Below are positions 29,381 to 39,039 of a stretch of 64,000 nucleotides of DNA, in pieces (positions within the stretch are counted from its first letter, which is position 1; the number at the start of each line of letters is the position of its first letter). The stretch is from a virus. Its lineage: Duplodnaviria > Caudoviricetes. A program made the translations under genes and the position numbers. Below the pieces are notes generated by a model that worked only from the letters and a program-made list of their open reading frames with translations, ran no database searches and was not told the origin of the DNA. Location: positions 1 to 64,000 of IMG/VR virus record IMGVR_UViG_3300038968_000070. One strand, given 5' to 3'.

Positions 29381-30282
29381 CCACCACCCGCGCAGAGATC
29401 CGCCGCTGGTTCGACAACGCGAAGGCCGCCGGTGCCACGCACATGCTCGTCGTCTGCGACACGTTCGACTACGACGACTACCCCGTCGACGTCATGCCGG
29501 GTGAGTGCGTCCGCGCCGTCGCCGCCGCGCACAACGGCCCGAACATGACGCGACTGATGGAGGTCTACGCGATGCACCTCGACCGCGAGACACAGCTCGC
29601 CGAGGGCCGCGCGTTCCACTACGAGTACCCACCGGCGGCGCCGCTAGTGGCGCAGCCGCCACCGCGAGGATTCCCGATGAACCCAACCTACTTCGTCTGC
29701 TTCACCCACACGAACGGCGACGGCAACGTCGTCCGTGCTGCGCACCCGTTCGATGAGCTGCAAGAGGCGCTCGACGCGTTTGCCGACGCCACCATGAACG
29801 GTGGCGGCAACGTCCGACTGTTCCGCGGCGAATGGCTTCCGACGAAGGTGACCGCGTGCGTCACGAACGTCCGTGTCGCCGAATCGACCCCCGTGGCGGC
29901 GCGCGACACGGAAGCCGCCGCGATCGCGACGTTGTCGGCGCTCGCGCTACCGGGTCGGCCGCGCTCACGCGCGTCGGCGCTCGCGCCCGCGCCCAAGACG
30001 CCGTCGAACGGCGCCGCACCGAAGCCGCGCGGGCGGCCACCGTCGCCTGCAACGCAGCGCGCGTGGAAGTCCCAGCGCGTCGCCCGCGCGGCCGCGGTGA
30101 TTCGCAACCGGCTCGAACGCGCCAAGGGCACGGTGCCGACGAGAGATCTCGTCAACATCGCCGGCCACGCGCGCGAGGCGCTCCACTACGGGCTGTCGAA
30201 GCTCGCACGCGACAAGATCATCGAGCGCGTCGTGGTGAAGGGCGTCGTCAGCTATCGCCTCTGGCCCAAGGTCAAGGAGTGA
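29377..30282 (+). CDS. Multi-domain hypothetical protein with C-terminal winged helix
   Basis: ATHMLVVCDTFDYDDYPV N-domain; C-terminal PTRDLV...LSKLARDKIIERV...YRL. Confidence 0.55.
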   Translation: MTTTRAEIRRWFDNAKAAGATHMLVVCDTFDYDDYPVDVMPGECVRAVAAAHNGPNMTRLMEVYAMHLDRETQLAEGRAFHYEYPPAAPLVAQPPPRGFPMNPTYFVCFTHTNGDGNVVRAAHPFDELQEALDAFADATMNGGGNVRLFRGEWLPTKVTACVTNVRVAESTPVAARDTEAAAIATLSALALPGRPRSRASALAPAPKTPSNGAAPKPRGRPPSPATQRAWKSQRVARAAAVIRNRLERAKGTVPTRDLVNIAGHAREALHYGLSKLARDKIIERVVVKGVVSYRLWPKVKE

Positions 30283-30470
30283 GATCAGATGAGGCATACA
30301 TGATGGTCGAGGTTCGCGAAGCGCGCACGCGGGTCTTCGCGCAGCTGCGCAAGCGCGACCGCGACCTGAACGCGCTCCCGGCGCAACCCAACTGTCTTGA
30401 CGATCACGAAGAGGTCTACTGCGAGACCGTCGACTAGACGGTCACCAACGCCGAATCAATGGGGGGATAC

Positions 30471-31100
30471 ATGTTCGGTTCCAACAACGACGACGGCAAC
30501 GATCACGACAGCGACGGGGTCCCGCGGCCGATGGTCGCCATCATTCACGCCGAGCCGACCGACAAGACGATCCGCGGGTTCGCCTTGTCGATGGACACGG
30601 CCGTGGTGCTCACGACGTCGGCGGACATGCCGACTGCGGCGATGCCACAGGGCGACGTCGCCGACGGCTCGATCGACGCGCCGGGGCGGCTCGCACCCGG
30701 CGTCCCGATCGCTGAGGACGACGCGCCGACGATGCAGGTGACGCCGATGGACGTCGGCTATCGCTACGCGGTGCTCCGTCAGCTCGCGGTCGTCATCGCA
30801 CAGGGCGGCCACACCGGGGGCTTGCCGCGGGTGCGTCACGTCAACGGGATGCTCCCGTTCGAGGTGACGACCACACCCGACAACCGTGATCGCGTCACGG
30901 TCGTCATCCGTCGCTGGCGTGACGTCGCGGCGTGGGTGCGCCAAGCCGCGCTCGACGACTTCGTCGTGCTCAAGGCGTCGTTTCAGGGCTGGCCTGACGA
31001 GGTCCGCACCGGCGCGCGCGCCGTGCTACGTCAGATCACCGAGGCGTGTCACAAGCCACCGGCGTACGCGGCCGACGGCTTCGTATACTTGTCGTTGTAG
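30471..31100 (+). CDS. Hypothetical protein
   Basis: GGGGGGA RBS; high GC3. Confidence 0.5.
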   Translation: MFGSNNDDGNDHDSDGVPRPMVAIIHAEPTDKTIRGFALSMDTAVVLTTSADMPTAAMPQGDVADGSIDAPGRLAPGVPIAEDDAPTMQVTPMDVGYRYAVLRQLAVVIAQGGHTGGLPRVRHVNGMLPFEVTTTPDNRDRVTVVIRRWRDVAAWVRQAALDDFVVLKASFQGWPDEVRTGARAVLRQITEACHKPPAYAADGFVYLSL

Positions 31101-31109
31101 GAGATCACC

Positions 31110-31799
31110 GTGAGCCTGACCGACGAGGAACTGACCGCAGCCGAGGCGCACGCCTTCCGCCAGGACGGGTGCCCGTGTGGTGTTGCGAGTCGAGTCGCGC
31201 AGCTCGCAGCCGAGGTCCGCTCCCTTCGCACCGACCTCTCCCTAGCCAAGAGCGAGGCTGAGGCAGCGAGGGAGGAGAGGAACCGCTACGCCAAGTCGAC
31301 GACGCACGAGAAGTGCTGGCAGAACGGCATCGGCCTGATCGCCAAGATCGAAACTCTGGAGAAGGAGCGCGACTCCCTACGCACCCAGCTTGCCGAGGTG
31401 ACCGCACAGCGGGATGAGGCGCAGGCGCACCGAGCTGCGACCAACGAGGAGATCAAGAAGCTGCACGCGGTCATCAAGTCGAAGGGGTTCTGCGTGGAAG
31501 ACTCGGTCTCGCTGCACGAGATGCGCGCCGAGGTCGAGCGCCTCACGGCGTGCCTGGAGGAAGAGCGTACTGACCACGAGGAGACCGCCCGCCTCTACCG
31601 CAGCGCACGGGACCGCGCCGAGCGCCTACGGGCGGACCGTGGGGAGGGGAGGGTGGTGACGATCGATGACGAACGACTCGACGAGATGGCGCGTTTGCTC
31701 GGCGAGTGGAAAGACGCGGCCCCGTCGATGCTGAACCGTTCTCCGTTCGAGTGGGTCTGCGAAATCGTGCGGGCCTTCGGCATCAAGGTGAAGGAGTGA
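31110..31799 (+). CDS. Coiled-coil hypothetical protein
   Basis: AGGAG RBS; Glu/Arg heptad pattern. Confidence 0.55.
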   Translation: MSLTDEELTAAEAHAFRQDGCPCGVASRVAQLAAEVRSLRTDLSLAKSEAEAAREERNRYAKSTTHEKCWQNGIGLIAKIETLEKERDSLRTQLAEVTAQRDEAQAHRAATNEEIKKLHAVIKSKGFCVEDSVSLHEMRAEVERLTACLEEERTDHEETARLYRSARDRAERLRADRGEGRVVTIDDERLDEMARLLGEWKDAAPSMLNRSPFEWVCEIVRAFGIKVKE

Positions 31800-31801
31800 C
31801 G

Positions 31802-32707
31802 ATGCGTGACCTGCTCCCATGCCCGTTCTGTGGTGGTGAGGCCGAGGTCGAGCGTCGTGGCACACCCCGGGTCTCGTCGATCGTCGCCTGCACCGACTGC
31901 GGCGCTCGCGTCGAGGCCAACCTCGTCGGCGACGACAGCCTCCACTGGAACACCCGCGCCGCACCCCCTCTCCCCGAGGGAGAGCACGCTACATGGTGCC
32001 CTCAGTACGGCCCGCGCGTGGCAGTCGACGAGGACGGGTGTTGTGCCTCGTGCGGGGCGGACGCGACTGGCGAGGGTGCCGACCGGGCCATCGCTGCGGT
32101 CGCCGAGCTAGAGCGGATCCGACGTGAACTGTCGCGCCTCTCCGAGCGGCTGGAGGACACGTTCATGGGCGGCTATTCCGACCCGCGCGACTTGGGGATC
32201 TTCCGCCACGGCATGGGGACCGCCGCGACGTGCATAGAGGCCGTGCTGCGCGGGGATCGGAACCAAGCGCCGATTGTTCGGCCTCTCCCCGAGGGAGAGC
32301 CGGCCGCCGCCCCGGCCCCGGGGGTAGTGCTCTCGGCTGATGAACGAGAGGCGATCGAATGGGCGAGGCGAATCATCCCGAACGGGACCGGGCGCAGCGA
32401 CCTCGCCAAGAGGCTGACGGCTACCGCGATCGCCGTCCTCGACCGCCTCCTCTCTCAGCCCTCCCCGCGTCCCGCAACGCTCACGGTGGGAGCAGCGTTG
32501 ATGCTGCCGGAGGTGCGGAGCGGGGAGAAGTGGTTCGCGAGCACGACGAAGGACGGCACCGCTTGCTTCCTCGTCGATGCCGGGGTCATCCGGTGCCGCA
32601 TCCGACTGACGCACGACTTCAACAACCGGTGGCACGACACCAAGCTGTCGCTTGCCGACCTCGACGCCGAGTGCACCCTCATCCCTTCCGAGAGGACGAC
32701 GCCATGA
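31802..32707 (+). CDS. Protein with N-terminal Lar-like (restriction alleviation) Zn ribbon
   Basis: LLPCPFCGGEA...VACTDCGA...WNTR. Confidence 0.6.
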   Translation: MRDLLPCPFCGGEAEVERRGTPRVSSIVACTDCGARVEANLVGDDSLHWNTRAAPPLPEGEHATWCPQYGPRVAVDEDGCCASCGADATGEGADRAIAAVAELERIRRELSRLSERLEDTFMGGYSDPRDLGIFRHGMGTAATCIEAVLRGDRNQAPIVRPLPEGEPAAAPAPGVVLSADEREAIEWARRIIPNGTGRSDLAKRLTATAIAVLDRLLSQPSPRPATLTVGAALMLPEVRSGEKWFASTTKDGTACFLVDAGVIRCRIRLTHDFNNRWHDTKLSLADLDAECTLIPSERTTP

Positions 32708-33204
32708 GCGACGACTGTGAACGCTGCGGTCAGCCGGTTGCCTCGTACGAGGAGGTGGATGCCGTACTCGACACACTGACCCGCGAGGATCGCGCGCGGT
32801 ACCGCGACGTCGTGGCGCCTCTCCTGCGTGAGAAGTTCGCCGGCCGCTGCGACGGCATCGCGACGTGCGTGGCCGTCAACTGGCGCGAGAGGGCGCTGGC
32901 CGCCGAGCGCGAACGTGACGAGGCGGTGGCACGGGCTGAGAGGGCGGAGGCGGAGTGCGGGGAGATGCGGTTGCTCGCGTGCGCGCAACGCGAACCGACT
33001 GCCGCCGAGGTCGGGATGATGGCCGGGATGTTCAAGCTGGAGATGGCCCGCGAGAACGGCGAGGAGCTGTCCACGCGCGTCGGCACCCGTCGCTGCGCCC
33101 GCTACGCGCTCATGCGTGGAGCCATCCCGCCAAGCGAGACCGAGTTCCGCGCTGCGCTCGACGAGTGGCGGCGCACCCGCCAGAGCAAGGAGCCGACGCC
33201 GTGA
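32704..33204 (+). CDS. Hypothetical protein
   Basis: GAGGA RBS; CERCG. Confidence 0.5.
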   Translation: MSDDCERCGQPVASYEEVDAVLDTLTREDRARYRDVVAPLLREKFAGRCDGIATCVAVNWRERALAAERERDEAVARAERAEAECGEMRLLACAQREPTAAEVGMMAGMFKLEMARENGEELSTRVGTRRCARYALMRGAIPPSETEFRAALDEWRRTRQSKEPTP

Positions 33205-33326
33205 GCATCGAAGTCCACCACGGGATCCTCACGTCCATCGTCACCGAGGCGCACAAGAACGGATAGCCCGGCCTCGTCACGGTCGAGCGCCGGGCATGAC
33301 CGCAGCGGAGAGGACCGTGGTTTCGT

Positions 33327-33361
33327 TTGCGAGGCGCTGAAATCACGTTTATCATACGAGA
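33327..33361 (+). promoter_or_regulatory. sigma70 promoter with overlapping operator
   Basis: TTGCGA-N17-TATCAT; TTATCATACGAGA at 33349-33361. Confidence 0.65.
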
Positions 33362-33369
33362 CGACCAGC

Positions 33370-34437
33370 ATGACCTACGATCTACGCGAGACGCCTGCGA
33401 CGACGCCGGCGCACACCGACGTCACCACCAGCGGCGCGTCGGGTAAGCGAGCGCGCACCGATCGCCTACCGTCGACCGGCTTCCCGCTCGTCGACGCCAA
33501 GCCATTATGCGAACAACCAGGACAGGAGGGCGCCGCGGGCTGCAATCTCGACAAGGACGATCGGATGAAGCTCCTCATCGTGCTTCAGACCGGTCTTCTG
33601 ACCGCCATGGATAACTTCCGCGACGCGATCCAAGACGCGCGCATCGAGAAGCTAACCGCCACTGAACACGGATGGGGCTTCCTCGAAGAGTTCCTCTTCT
33701 ACTCGATCTCGGGGCCGCTCGTCGGCGTCGCGACCAAGGCGGCGATGCACGTCGCGATACGTGGCGCCGCGCGCATGGCCGAGACCAACCTCGACACGGT
33801 CACGTTACGCCTCGCCAAGCTCGACGAGAAGACCGTGCAGGGCGCGATCACCAACGCCAGTCGCGGCGCACGGACCGCGCTCAAGAAGGGGCGTACCGGA
33901 TTGTCAGAGGGCAACAACGGCAAGGCCGCGTTCCTGCAACAGCTGCGTGAGGGCATCAAACCGTTCATCGACGGCATGATCTCGCGCGGCCCGGCCGAGT
34001 GGGACGACGACACGTTCGTCGCGATCGCGCACGGCTACCTCAACGCCGAAGACCACACGGTCGCGCACTACGCCGCCTACATCGAAGACATTCTGGCGCG
34101 ATTCGACGAGAACCGGCTCGACGACGTCGGTCGGAAGCGCATCGAGGGCGACGGACCTGGCTTCGACGTCAAGGAAAACCAACGCGGGCGTCTCGTGTGG
34201 GTCCAGCGCCCCACGTCACGGAAGCTCGCCATGTTCGGCGGCCGCACCGGCAACGACTTCGTCCGCTGGGTCGACGGCGACTTCGAGACGCTCGCGCTGA
34301 ACCTCTACCGCGAGCGCAGCGGCAAGGAGCCCGACGAGATGACGATGGACGGGTTCCGGTCGTCGGTCGCAGACGGGGGCAAGGCGCACGACGCCGACGC
34401 GGCGTGGCTCGACGCGTTTCTTGGAGGTGGTCAATGA
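33370..34437 (+). CDS. Hypothetical protein
   Basis: 355 aa, high GC3, own promoter. Confidence 0.65.
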   Translation: MTYDLRETPATTPAHTDVTTSGASGKRARTDRLPSTGFPLVDAKPLCEQPGQEGAAGCNLDKDDRMKLLIVLQTGLLTAMDNFRDAIQDARIEKLTATEHGWGFLEEFLFYSISGPLVGVATKAAMHVAIRGAARMAETNLDTVTLRLAKLDEKTVQGAITNASRGARTALKKGRTGLSEGNNGKAAFLQQLREGIKPFIDGMISRGPAEWDDDTFVAIAHGYLNAEDHTVAHYAAYIEDILARFDENRLDDVGRKRIEGDGPGFDVKENQRGRLVWVQRPTSRKLAMFGGRTGNDFVRWVDGDFETLALNLYRERSGKEPDEMTMDGFRSSVADGGKAHDADAAWLDAFLGGGQ

Positions 34438-34832
34438 GGCTTGAGCATGTCATCGGCGGCGCGGCGGTCGTCATCACCCTCGGGGTGGTCGTCCAGGTCT
34501 GTGCCCAAGAAGGCACGACGCGAAAGGCACAGAGCCGTCAGCTCACCGAGATGGCCGACGACAAGGCCACGGTCTGCGCCGCGAGCCGCACCTCCGCTGC
34601 CGTGATCCTCTACGCGCTGCGTGACGACGACACCGTCGATAGCGGCGTCGCACAGGCGCAGCTCCTCACGACGTGGATGCCCTACTGCGCTGGTGAACGG
34701 GGCACGAAGCTCGCGCGCGAGATCAACGACGCCGTCCTCGTCAGCATCCCGCGATCGAAGACCGACGTGCCGCCGTCGCTCGACGTCGAGCGGATTCGTC
34801 AGGCGCTCACCGCGTTTCGGGGTGAGCAATGA
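34434..34832 (+). CDS. Membrane-anchored or secreted hypothetical protein
   Basis: GGAGG RBS; N-terminal hydrophobic helix. Confidence 0.55.
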   Translation: MRLEHVIGGAAVVITLGVVVQVCAQEGTTRKAQSRQLTEMADDKATVCAASRTSAAVILYALRDDDTVDSGVAQAQLLTTWMPYCAGERGTKLAREINDAVLVSIPRSKTDVPPSLDVERIRQALTAFRGEQ

Positions 34833-35962
34833 ACGGCCACCTGCCGTGGTGGAAGGTGCGCCCACGCGGGCGCGAGGTGATCGACGGCACCGTCGTCGTC
34901 TACTGCGTCCTCTGCGACGCGCCGCTCGCGTGCACAACGATCAACGGCCGCCAGGCACCGCCGGCGGCGGGGACCCCCGACCACCCGTGCCTGTCAACCC
35001 GCTCAAACCACGGAAGCTGACGAAGAACCACGAAACGGTCCTCGCCAAGCTCCGTGAGCACGGCCAATGGCTCGTCCACGCCGACTACAACATGCTCGGA
35101 GCCGGGTGTCACTGGCAACACCGTGAGATCTGGCGCACGCGCGAGTACCTCAACACGCTCGTCCTCCGCGGGCTCGTGCGCAGCCGGCGGTTACCGCTGC
35201 GGCCGCAGATCATCCAGTACACGCTCGTGCCGGCGTGCGACGGCGCGCGCCCGTGCCGAGCGAAAACGACCCTCCGCGTGTGCGTCGCAACCCCACGGCA
35301 GTTCTGTCAATGCTGCCCGAAATGCCGCCGGAGCTGTGCGAGTGGTGGCTGAGGCTGTCGCACCCCCACGGTATACTTTCGACGGAATGACCGCGCCCGT
35401 CGTCTCCGTGCCCGCTCGCCCGTTGCCTCTCACGTACGCAGAGGGTGCCGATCTGCGCTCAAGGATCGAGCACGCGATCAGCGGCGCGATGAGTGCGTTC
35501 CTCGACGCGAACGTCGTGCGTGACACGCGCGGCACGCCGATTGGCGGCCCCGACCCGCGCGCCGTCCAGGCCGAGACGGTGCTCGTCCTCGCCCGCTGGC
35601 TCGCGCGCGCGGGGCTCGACCTCGTCGACGCGCGCGTCTTCGAGGAGAAGCTGCGACGGCTCGAAGCCGAGCTGGCCGCGCGCGGCCGTCGCCGCGGGGC
35701 GAATTGGAAGGACCCGGGGACGGGCGAGGCGTGCTTTTGGACGACGCACGCACGAGGCATCGAGGGCGAGACGTGCGGCGGCTGCGGCAAGCACATCCGC
35801 GACCACTACGGCAGCACCGAGTATCGCTGCGAGCCTCGCGCCGACGCGGTCGGCACGGCGCCCGGCAACACGCGCACGGCGCTCTGCAACTGCGGCAACG
35901 CCGGCTGCGTCGGGACGGGCGACCCCGACTGTCGCCACAACATCACCATCTGAAGGGACTGC

Positions 35963-36568
35963 ATGATCACCCCTTGGCCTGCGCAACCGCCGGCGCACCT
36001 CGACTACTCCGGCCACGGCTGGCTGCTCGACGAGAACAAGCGCGTCCTGTCGATGTTCCTCAATGACACCACGAAGACGATCGTCGAGGTCGGGACGTGG
36101 CTCGGGTTGTCGGCGCGCTTCATGCTCGACCGCGCGCCGAACGCGACGCTCTTCGCCGTCGACCACTGGAACGGCTTACCGCTCGTCGAGTGGAAGGGCT
36201 TCGGCCTGCCCGAGAGCGAGTGGAAGAAGCTCGCGCCCGATCCGTGGGCGCAGTTCGTCAAGGACAGCTGGGGCTACCGCGGCCGGCTTCGACCGGTGCG
36301 CGCCGACTCCTGGGCCGGGCTCGACTATCTCGCGACGCTCGATCTCAAGCCCGACCTCGTCTACATCGACGGTGGTCATGGCTACGAGCGCGCGCTCGGG
36401 GACATCCAGCGCGTGCGCGCAGTGTGGCCGAAGGCGATCATCGTCGGCGACGACTGGACGTGGCCGGGGGTGCGGCAAGCGGTGACGGAATTCTTCGCGA
36501 ACCCGCGCGACCCGTTCGCGGTCCCGTCGTACCGCGTCGACGGCAACGTCTGGTGGGTGGAGCCTTGA
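35963..36568 (+). CDS. Class I SAM-dependent methyltransferase (Methyltransf_24-like)
   Basis: IVEVGTWLGLSA, AVDHW, DLVYIDGGHGYE, IIVGDDW. Confidence 0.85.
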   Translation: MITPWPAQPPAHLDYSGHGWLLDENKRVLSMFLNDTTKTIVEVGTWLGLSARFMLDRAPNATLFAVDHWNGLPLVEWKGFGLPESEWKKLAPDPWAQFVKDSWGYRGRLRPVRADSWAGLDYLATLDLKPDLVYIDGGHGYERALGDIQRVRAVWPKAIIVGDDWTWPGVRQAVTEFFANPRDPFAVPSYRVDGNVWWVEP

Positions 36569-36746
36569 TGGCCTTCCTTCGCAGCATCGAGAGTCAATGC
36601 AGCGAACCCGGCTGCACCAAGCGCGCCATCGTGCAGTTGATCGACCGCTGGAACGGCGAGCGCGGCAAGTATTGCAAGCGCCACGGTGAGCGCGCGTGCC
36701 TACGCCAGACGCAGTCCGAATTCGGCAACGACGGCAAGGTGCGCTG

Positions 36747-37550
36747 ATGCGCATCACGTTCACCTGCGTCATCCGCACGACGCCGGCGCGCCGCACGCTC
36801 GCTGACACCGTCATCCGGCTTCTGGAGTCGTACCAAGACCGCGTGCCGCCGTTCGAGATCATCCTCGCGCTCGACGCCGGCAACGACAACTGGACGCCGT
36901 ACCGCTACACGACGACGGCGCCCCGTCAAGGCCGCGAAGCCGTCTGGCAACAGCTCCACCGCAAGTACCTCGGCGCGTTCGTAGCTGCGCGCGGCGAGTG
37001 GATCGTCTGCGTCGACGACGACGACTGGTTCAGCCCCGAGCGACTACGCTACCTGCCGGTCGCCGAGGCCGACGTCGTCTACACGAACCGCGTCTACGTC
37101 CACGAGCTGCGCTCGATCAGGCGACGAACCTACCGCCGTGTGATGCACCCGCCGGGCTTGCTCGAAAGCACGGTCGCGTTCCGGCGCGAGCTGCTCGACC
37201 GTCGCCCGCTCGTCGAGCCCGAGCTGGGCTTGTGGGTGCAGAAGCTCAAGCGCGACGGCGCACGCGTCGAAGAGCGCTTCTGGGACCACGTCATGTTCCT
37301 ACACGGCGACAACGCCGACCTCGCCGCCGGGCGCGACGGGCTGCGCGTCAGCTCCGACGACACCGTCCTCGACGGGCCGGCGGAGTACACCTGCGTCGGC
37401 AACCGCGGCGCGGTGCTCGACGTGATGGGCGAAGACGCACTGCAAGCGTGGGAGCGCGCCGCCCCGCCATGGGCCGGCTGCGACGTCAAACCATTCTCGT
37501 CGCGCGCGTGCGAGCGCGGGACGCGAGGCTGCGAGGTACGGCATCGATGA
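36747..37550 (+). CDS. Glycosyltransferase family 2, paralog of 4509..5294
   Basis: WIVCVDDDDWFSPERL; shared C-terminal VLDGP.xY...MGE.ALQA. Confidence 0.75.
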   Translation: MRITFTCVIRTTPARRTLADTVIRLLESYQDRVPPFEIILALDAGNDNWTPYRYTTTAPRQGREAVWQQLHRKYLGAFVAARGEWIVCVDDDDWFSPERLRYLPVAEADVVYTNRVYVHELRSIRRRTYRRVMHPPGLLESTVAFRRELLDRRPLVEPELGLWVQKLKRDGARVEERFWDHVMFLHGDNADLAAGRDGLRVSSDDTVLDGPAEYTCVGNRGAVLDVMGEDALQAWERAAPPWAGCDVKPFSSRACERGTRGCEVRHR

Positions 37551-38026
37551 CCAACGCGCTTTTCTTCGGCTGTTGGAACGAGCCGGGGCACTACATGTTC
37601 ACGCCGACGGGGCAGACCAGCTACAACCACCCGTTGGAATGCCCCGAAGGGCACGACGGCGGCCACCTCGACGGCGGCTACGCGCCACGCGCTGGTTACA
37701 AGGGCAGCGTCCGCGGGAAAGCGGTGTGTTGGGTCGCGCAAGGCGGCGCCGATCAGAAGGCGCGGAACCGGATCGGGTTCGACAGCACCGAACATCCGCA
37801 GGGCCACTTCCTGCGGCATGAGCACGGCGGCTGGACGTTCATCTCGTGGTGGGACCGGGCGCAGGGCGACGCGCGCAGCGCGTGCAACAGCACGTTCTTG
37901 CTCAAGGGGTCGCACACGAGCGACGACATGCGCTTGGCCTTGCTCGAACACTTCCCGCACGTGGTGCGGAACCTCAAGCGCGCCGGCGTCGAGCTGGTCG
38001 AGGTCTTCCCGATCGAGAACCCCTAG
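37547..38026 (+). CDS. Hypothetical phage protein
   Basis: LFFGCWNEPGHY...GWTFISWWDR. Confidence 0.55.
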   Translation: MTNALFFGCWNEPGHYMFTPTGQTSYNHPLECPEGHDGGHLDGGYAPRAGYKGSVRGKAVCWVAQGGADQKARNRIGFDSTEHPQGHFLRHEHGGWTFISWWDRAQGDARSACNSTFLLKGSHTSDDMRLALLEHFPHVVRNLKRAGVELVEVFPIENP

Positions 38027-38059
38027 CAAAACCGCTACGACCGCTGTAAGATTGCCTAC

Positions 38060-38716
38060 ATGCACGCCTACGACGTCCTCGGCGCGGTCGCGTCCAGCTT
38101 CACGTGCGGGTCCAGCGGGGTCTGCATCGGTTCCACGAGCGGCACCCAGCGCGCGTTCATCGAGCTGCAAACGCAGATCAACCGCGTCGGCGTCGGCTAC
38201 GGCATCTCGCGCATCGCGACCGACGGGAAGATCGGACCGGCGACGTTGACCGCGATGGTCAACTTGGCCAAGGCGATCTACCGCAAGCACGGCGCGACCA
38301 CCGACCCCGAGATCGAACAGGTCATCTTCGGCTACGGCGACGGTGCGCCGACGTCGACGCGCGACCTCGCGCTGTCGGCGGAGCGCATCACCGACGCGCT
38401 CACGCGTGACGGCGTACGCGCGCAGACGTGGAGCGTCCTCCAGACCATCAAGGACATGGCGCAACAGGTGGTGACGAGCGGTACGGTCTCGCCGAGCGTC
38501 CCGCCGCTGTCGCCGACCACGACGCCGGTGAACCCGAACACGACGACGGTCGTGGTGTCGCCGGGCGCGCAGACGCCGCAGGCGCCGACGTCGACGTGGG
38601 TCTACCCGCCGACGGCGCCGTCGTCATCACGCTTCCCGGTCCCGACGTGGGCGATCGTCCTCGCCGGCGCGGTGCTCGTCGCCGGCATCGGCGTCGCGAT
38701 CGCGGCGCGGCGTTGA
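38060..38716 (+). CDS. Membrane-anchored protein with peptidoglycan-binding-like domain
   Basis: ELQTQIN...IATDGKIGPAT motif; Pro/Thr linker; C-terminal TM followed by RR. Confidence 0.6.
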   Translation: MHAYDVLGAVASSFTCGSSGVCIGSTSGTQRAFIELQTQINRVGVGYGISRIATDGKIGPATLTAMVNLAKAIYRKHGATTDPEIEQVIFGYGDGAPTSTRDLALSAERITDALTRDGVRAQTWSVLQTIKDMAQQVVTSGTVSPSVPPLSPTTTPVNPNTTTVVVSPGAQTPQAPTSTWVYPPTAPSSSRFPVPTWAIVLAGAVLVAGIGVAIAARR

Positions 38717-38720
38717 AGAG

Positions 38721-38792
38721 AGCCCCGGGCACGAGTCGAACGTGCGACCTCGCGGTTAGAAACCGCGCGCTCTAACACTGAGCTACCGGGGC
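38721..38792 (-). tRNA. tRNA-Arg(TCT), atypical
   Basis: GCCCCGG-TA-GCTC AGTGTTA GAGC-G-CGCGG TTTCTAA CCGCG-AGGTC-GCACG TTCGACT CGTGC-CCGGGGC-T; no D-loop GG, no encoded CCA. Confidence 0.75.
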
Positions 38793-38798
38793 GTGTCG

Positions 38799-38871
38799 CG
38801 GATCTCCCAGGGCTCGAACCTGGCCACCGTCGGGGCATTACTCCGACGCGCACTCCATCGTGCTGAGATCC
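38799..38871 (-). tRNA. Non-canonical tRNA with 9-nt anticodon loop AGTAATGCC
   Basis: GGATCTC-A-GCAC GATGGA GTGC-G-CGTCGG AGTAATGCC CCGACG-GTGG-CCAGG TTCGAGC CCTGG-GAGATCC-G. Confidence 0.65.
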
Positions 38872-38876
38872 AGAAG

Positions 38877-38948
38877 GGCCCTCGCGGGGAGTCGAACCCC
38901 GGCCACGCAGATCATTACTCTGCGCGCTCTCCACTGAGCTACGAAGGC
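38877..38948 (-). tRNA. Non-canonical tRNA with expanded anticodon arm (AGTAATGAT) and C73
   Basis: GCCTTCG-TA-GCTC AGTGGA GAGC-G-CGCAG AGTAATGAT CTGCG-TGGC-CGGGG TTCGACT CCCCG-CGAGGGC-C. Confidence 0.75.
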
Positions 38949-38950
38949 AT

Positions 38951-39031
38951 TGGTGGGGGCGGCCAGCTGCAAGCTAGCTCCTCGGTCGAGGCGCGAAGCC
39001 CTTCCCTTGTGCGTGCGTACACCACGCCCCC
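38951..39031 (-). ncRNA. Degenerate tRNA-like RNA with encoded CCA
   Basis: Perfect GGGGGCG/CGCCCCC acceptor stem + A-CCA; T-like arm GCTAG CTTGCAG CTGGC; extra arm CCTCG/CGAGG; weak anticodon arm. Confidence 0.55.
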
Positions 39032-39039
39032 GAAGACGT

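Noticed and set aside
38721-38792. Amber suppressor tRNA (CTA within the loop TTTCTAA)
   Set aside because: In the canonical 7-nt loop register positions 34-36 are TCT (Arg), and TAG is used as a normal stop in many genes here.
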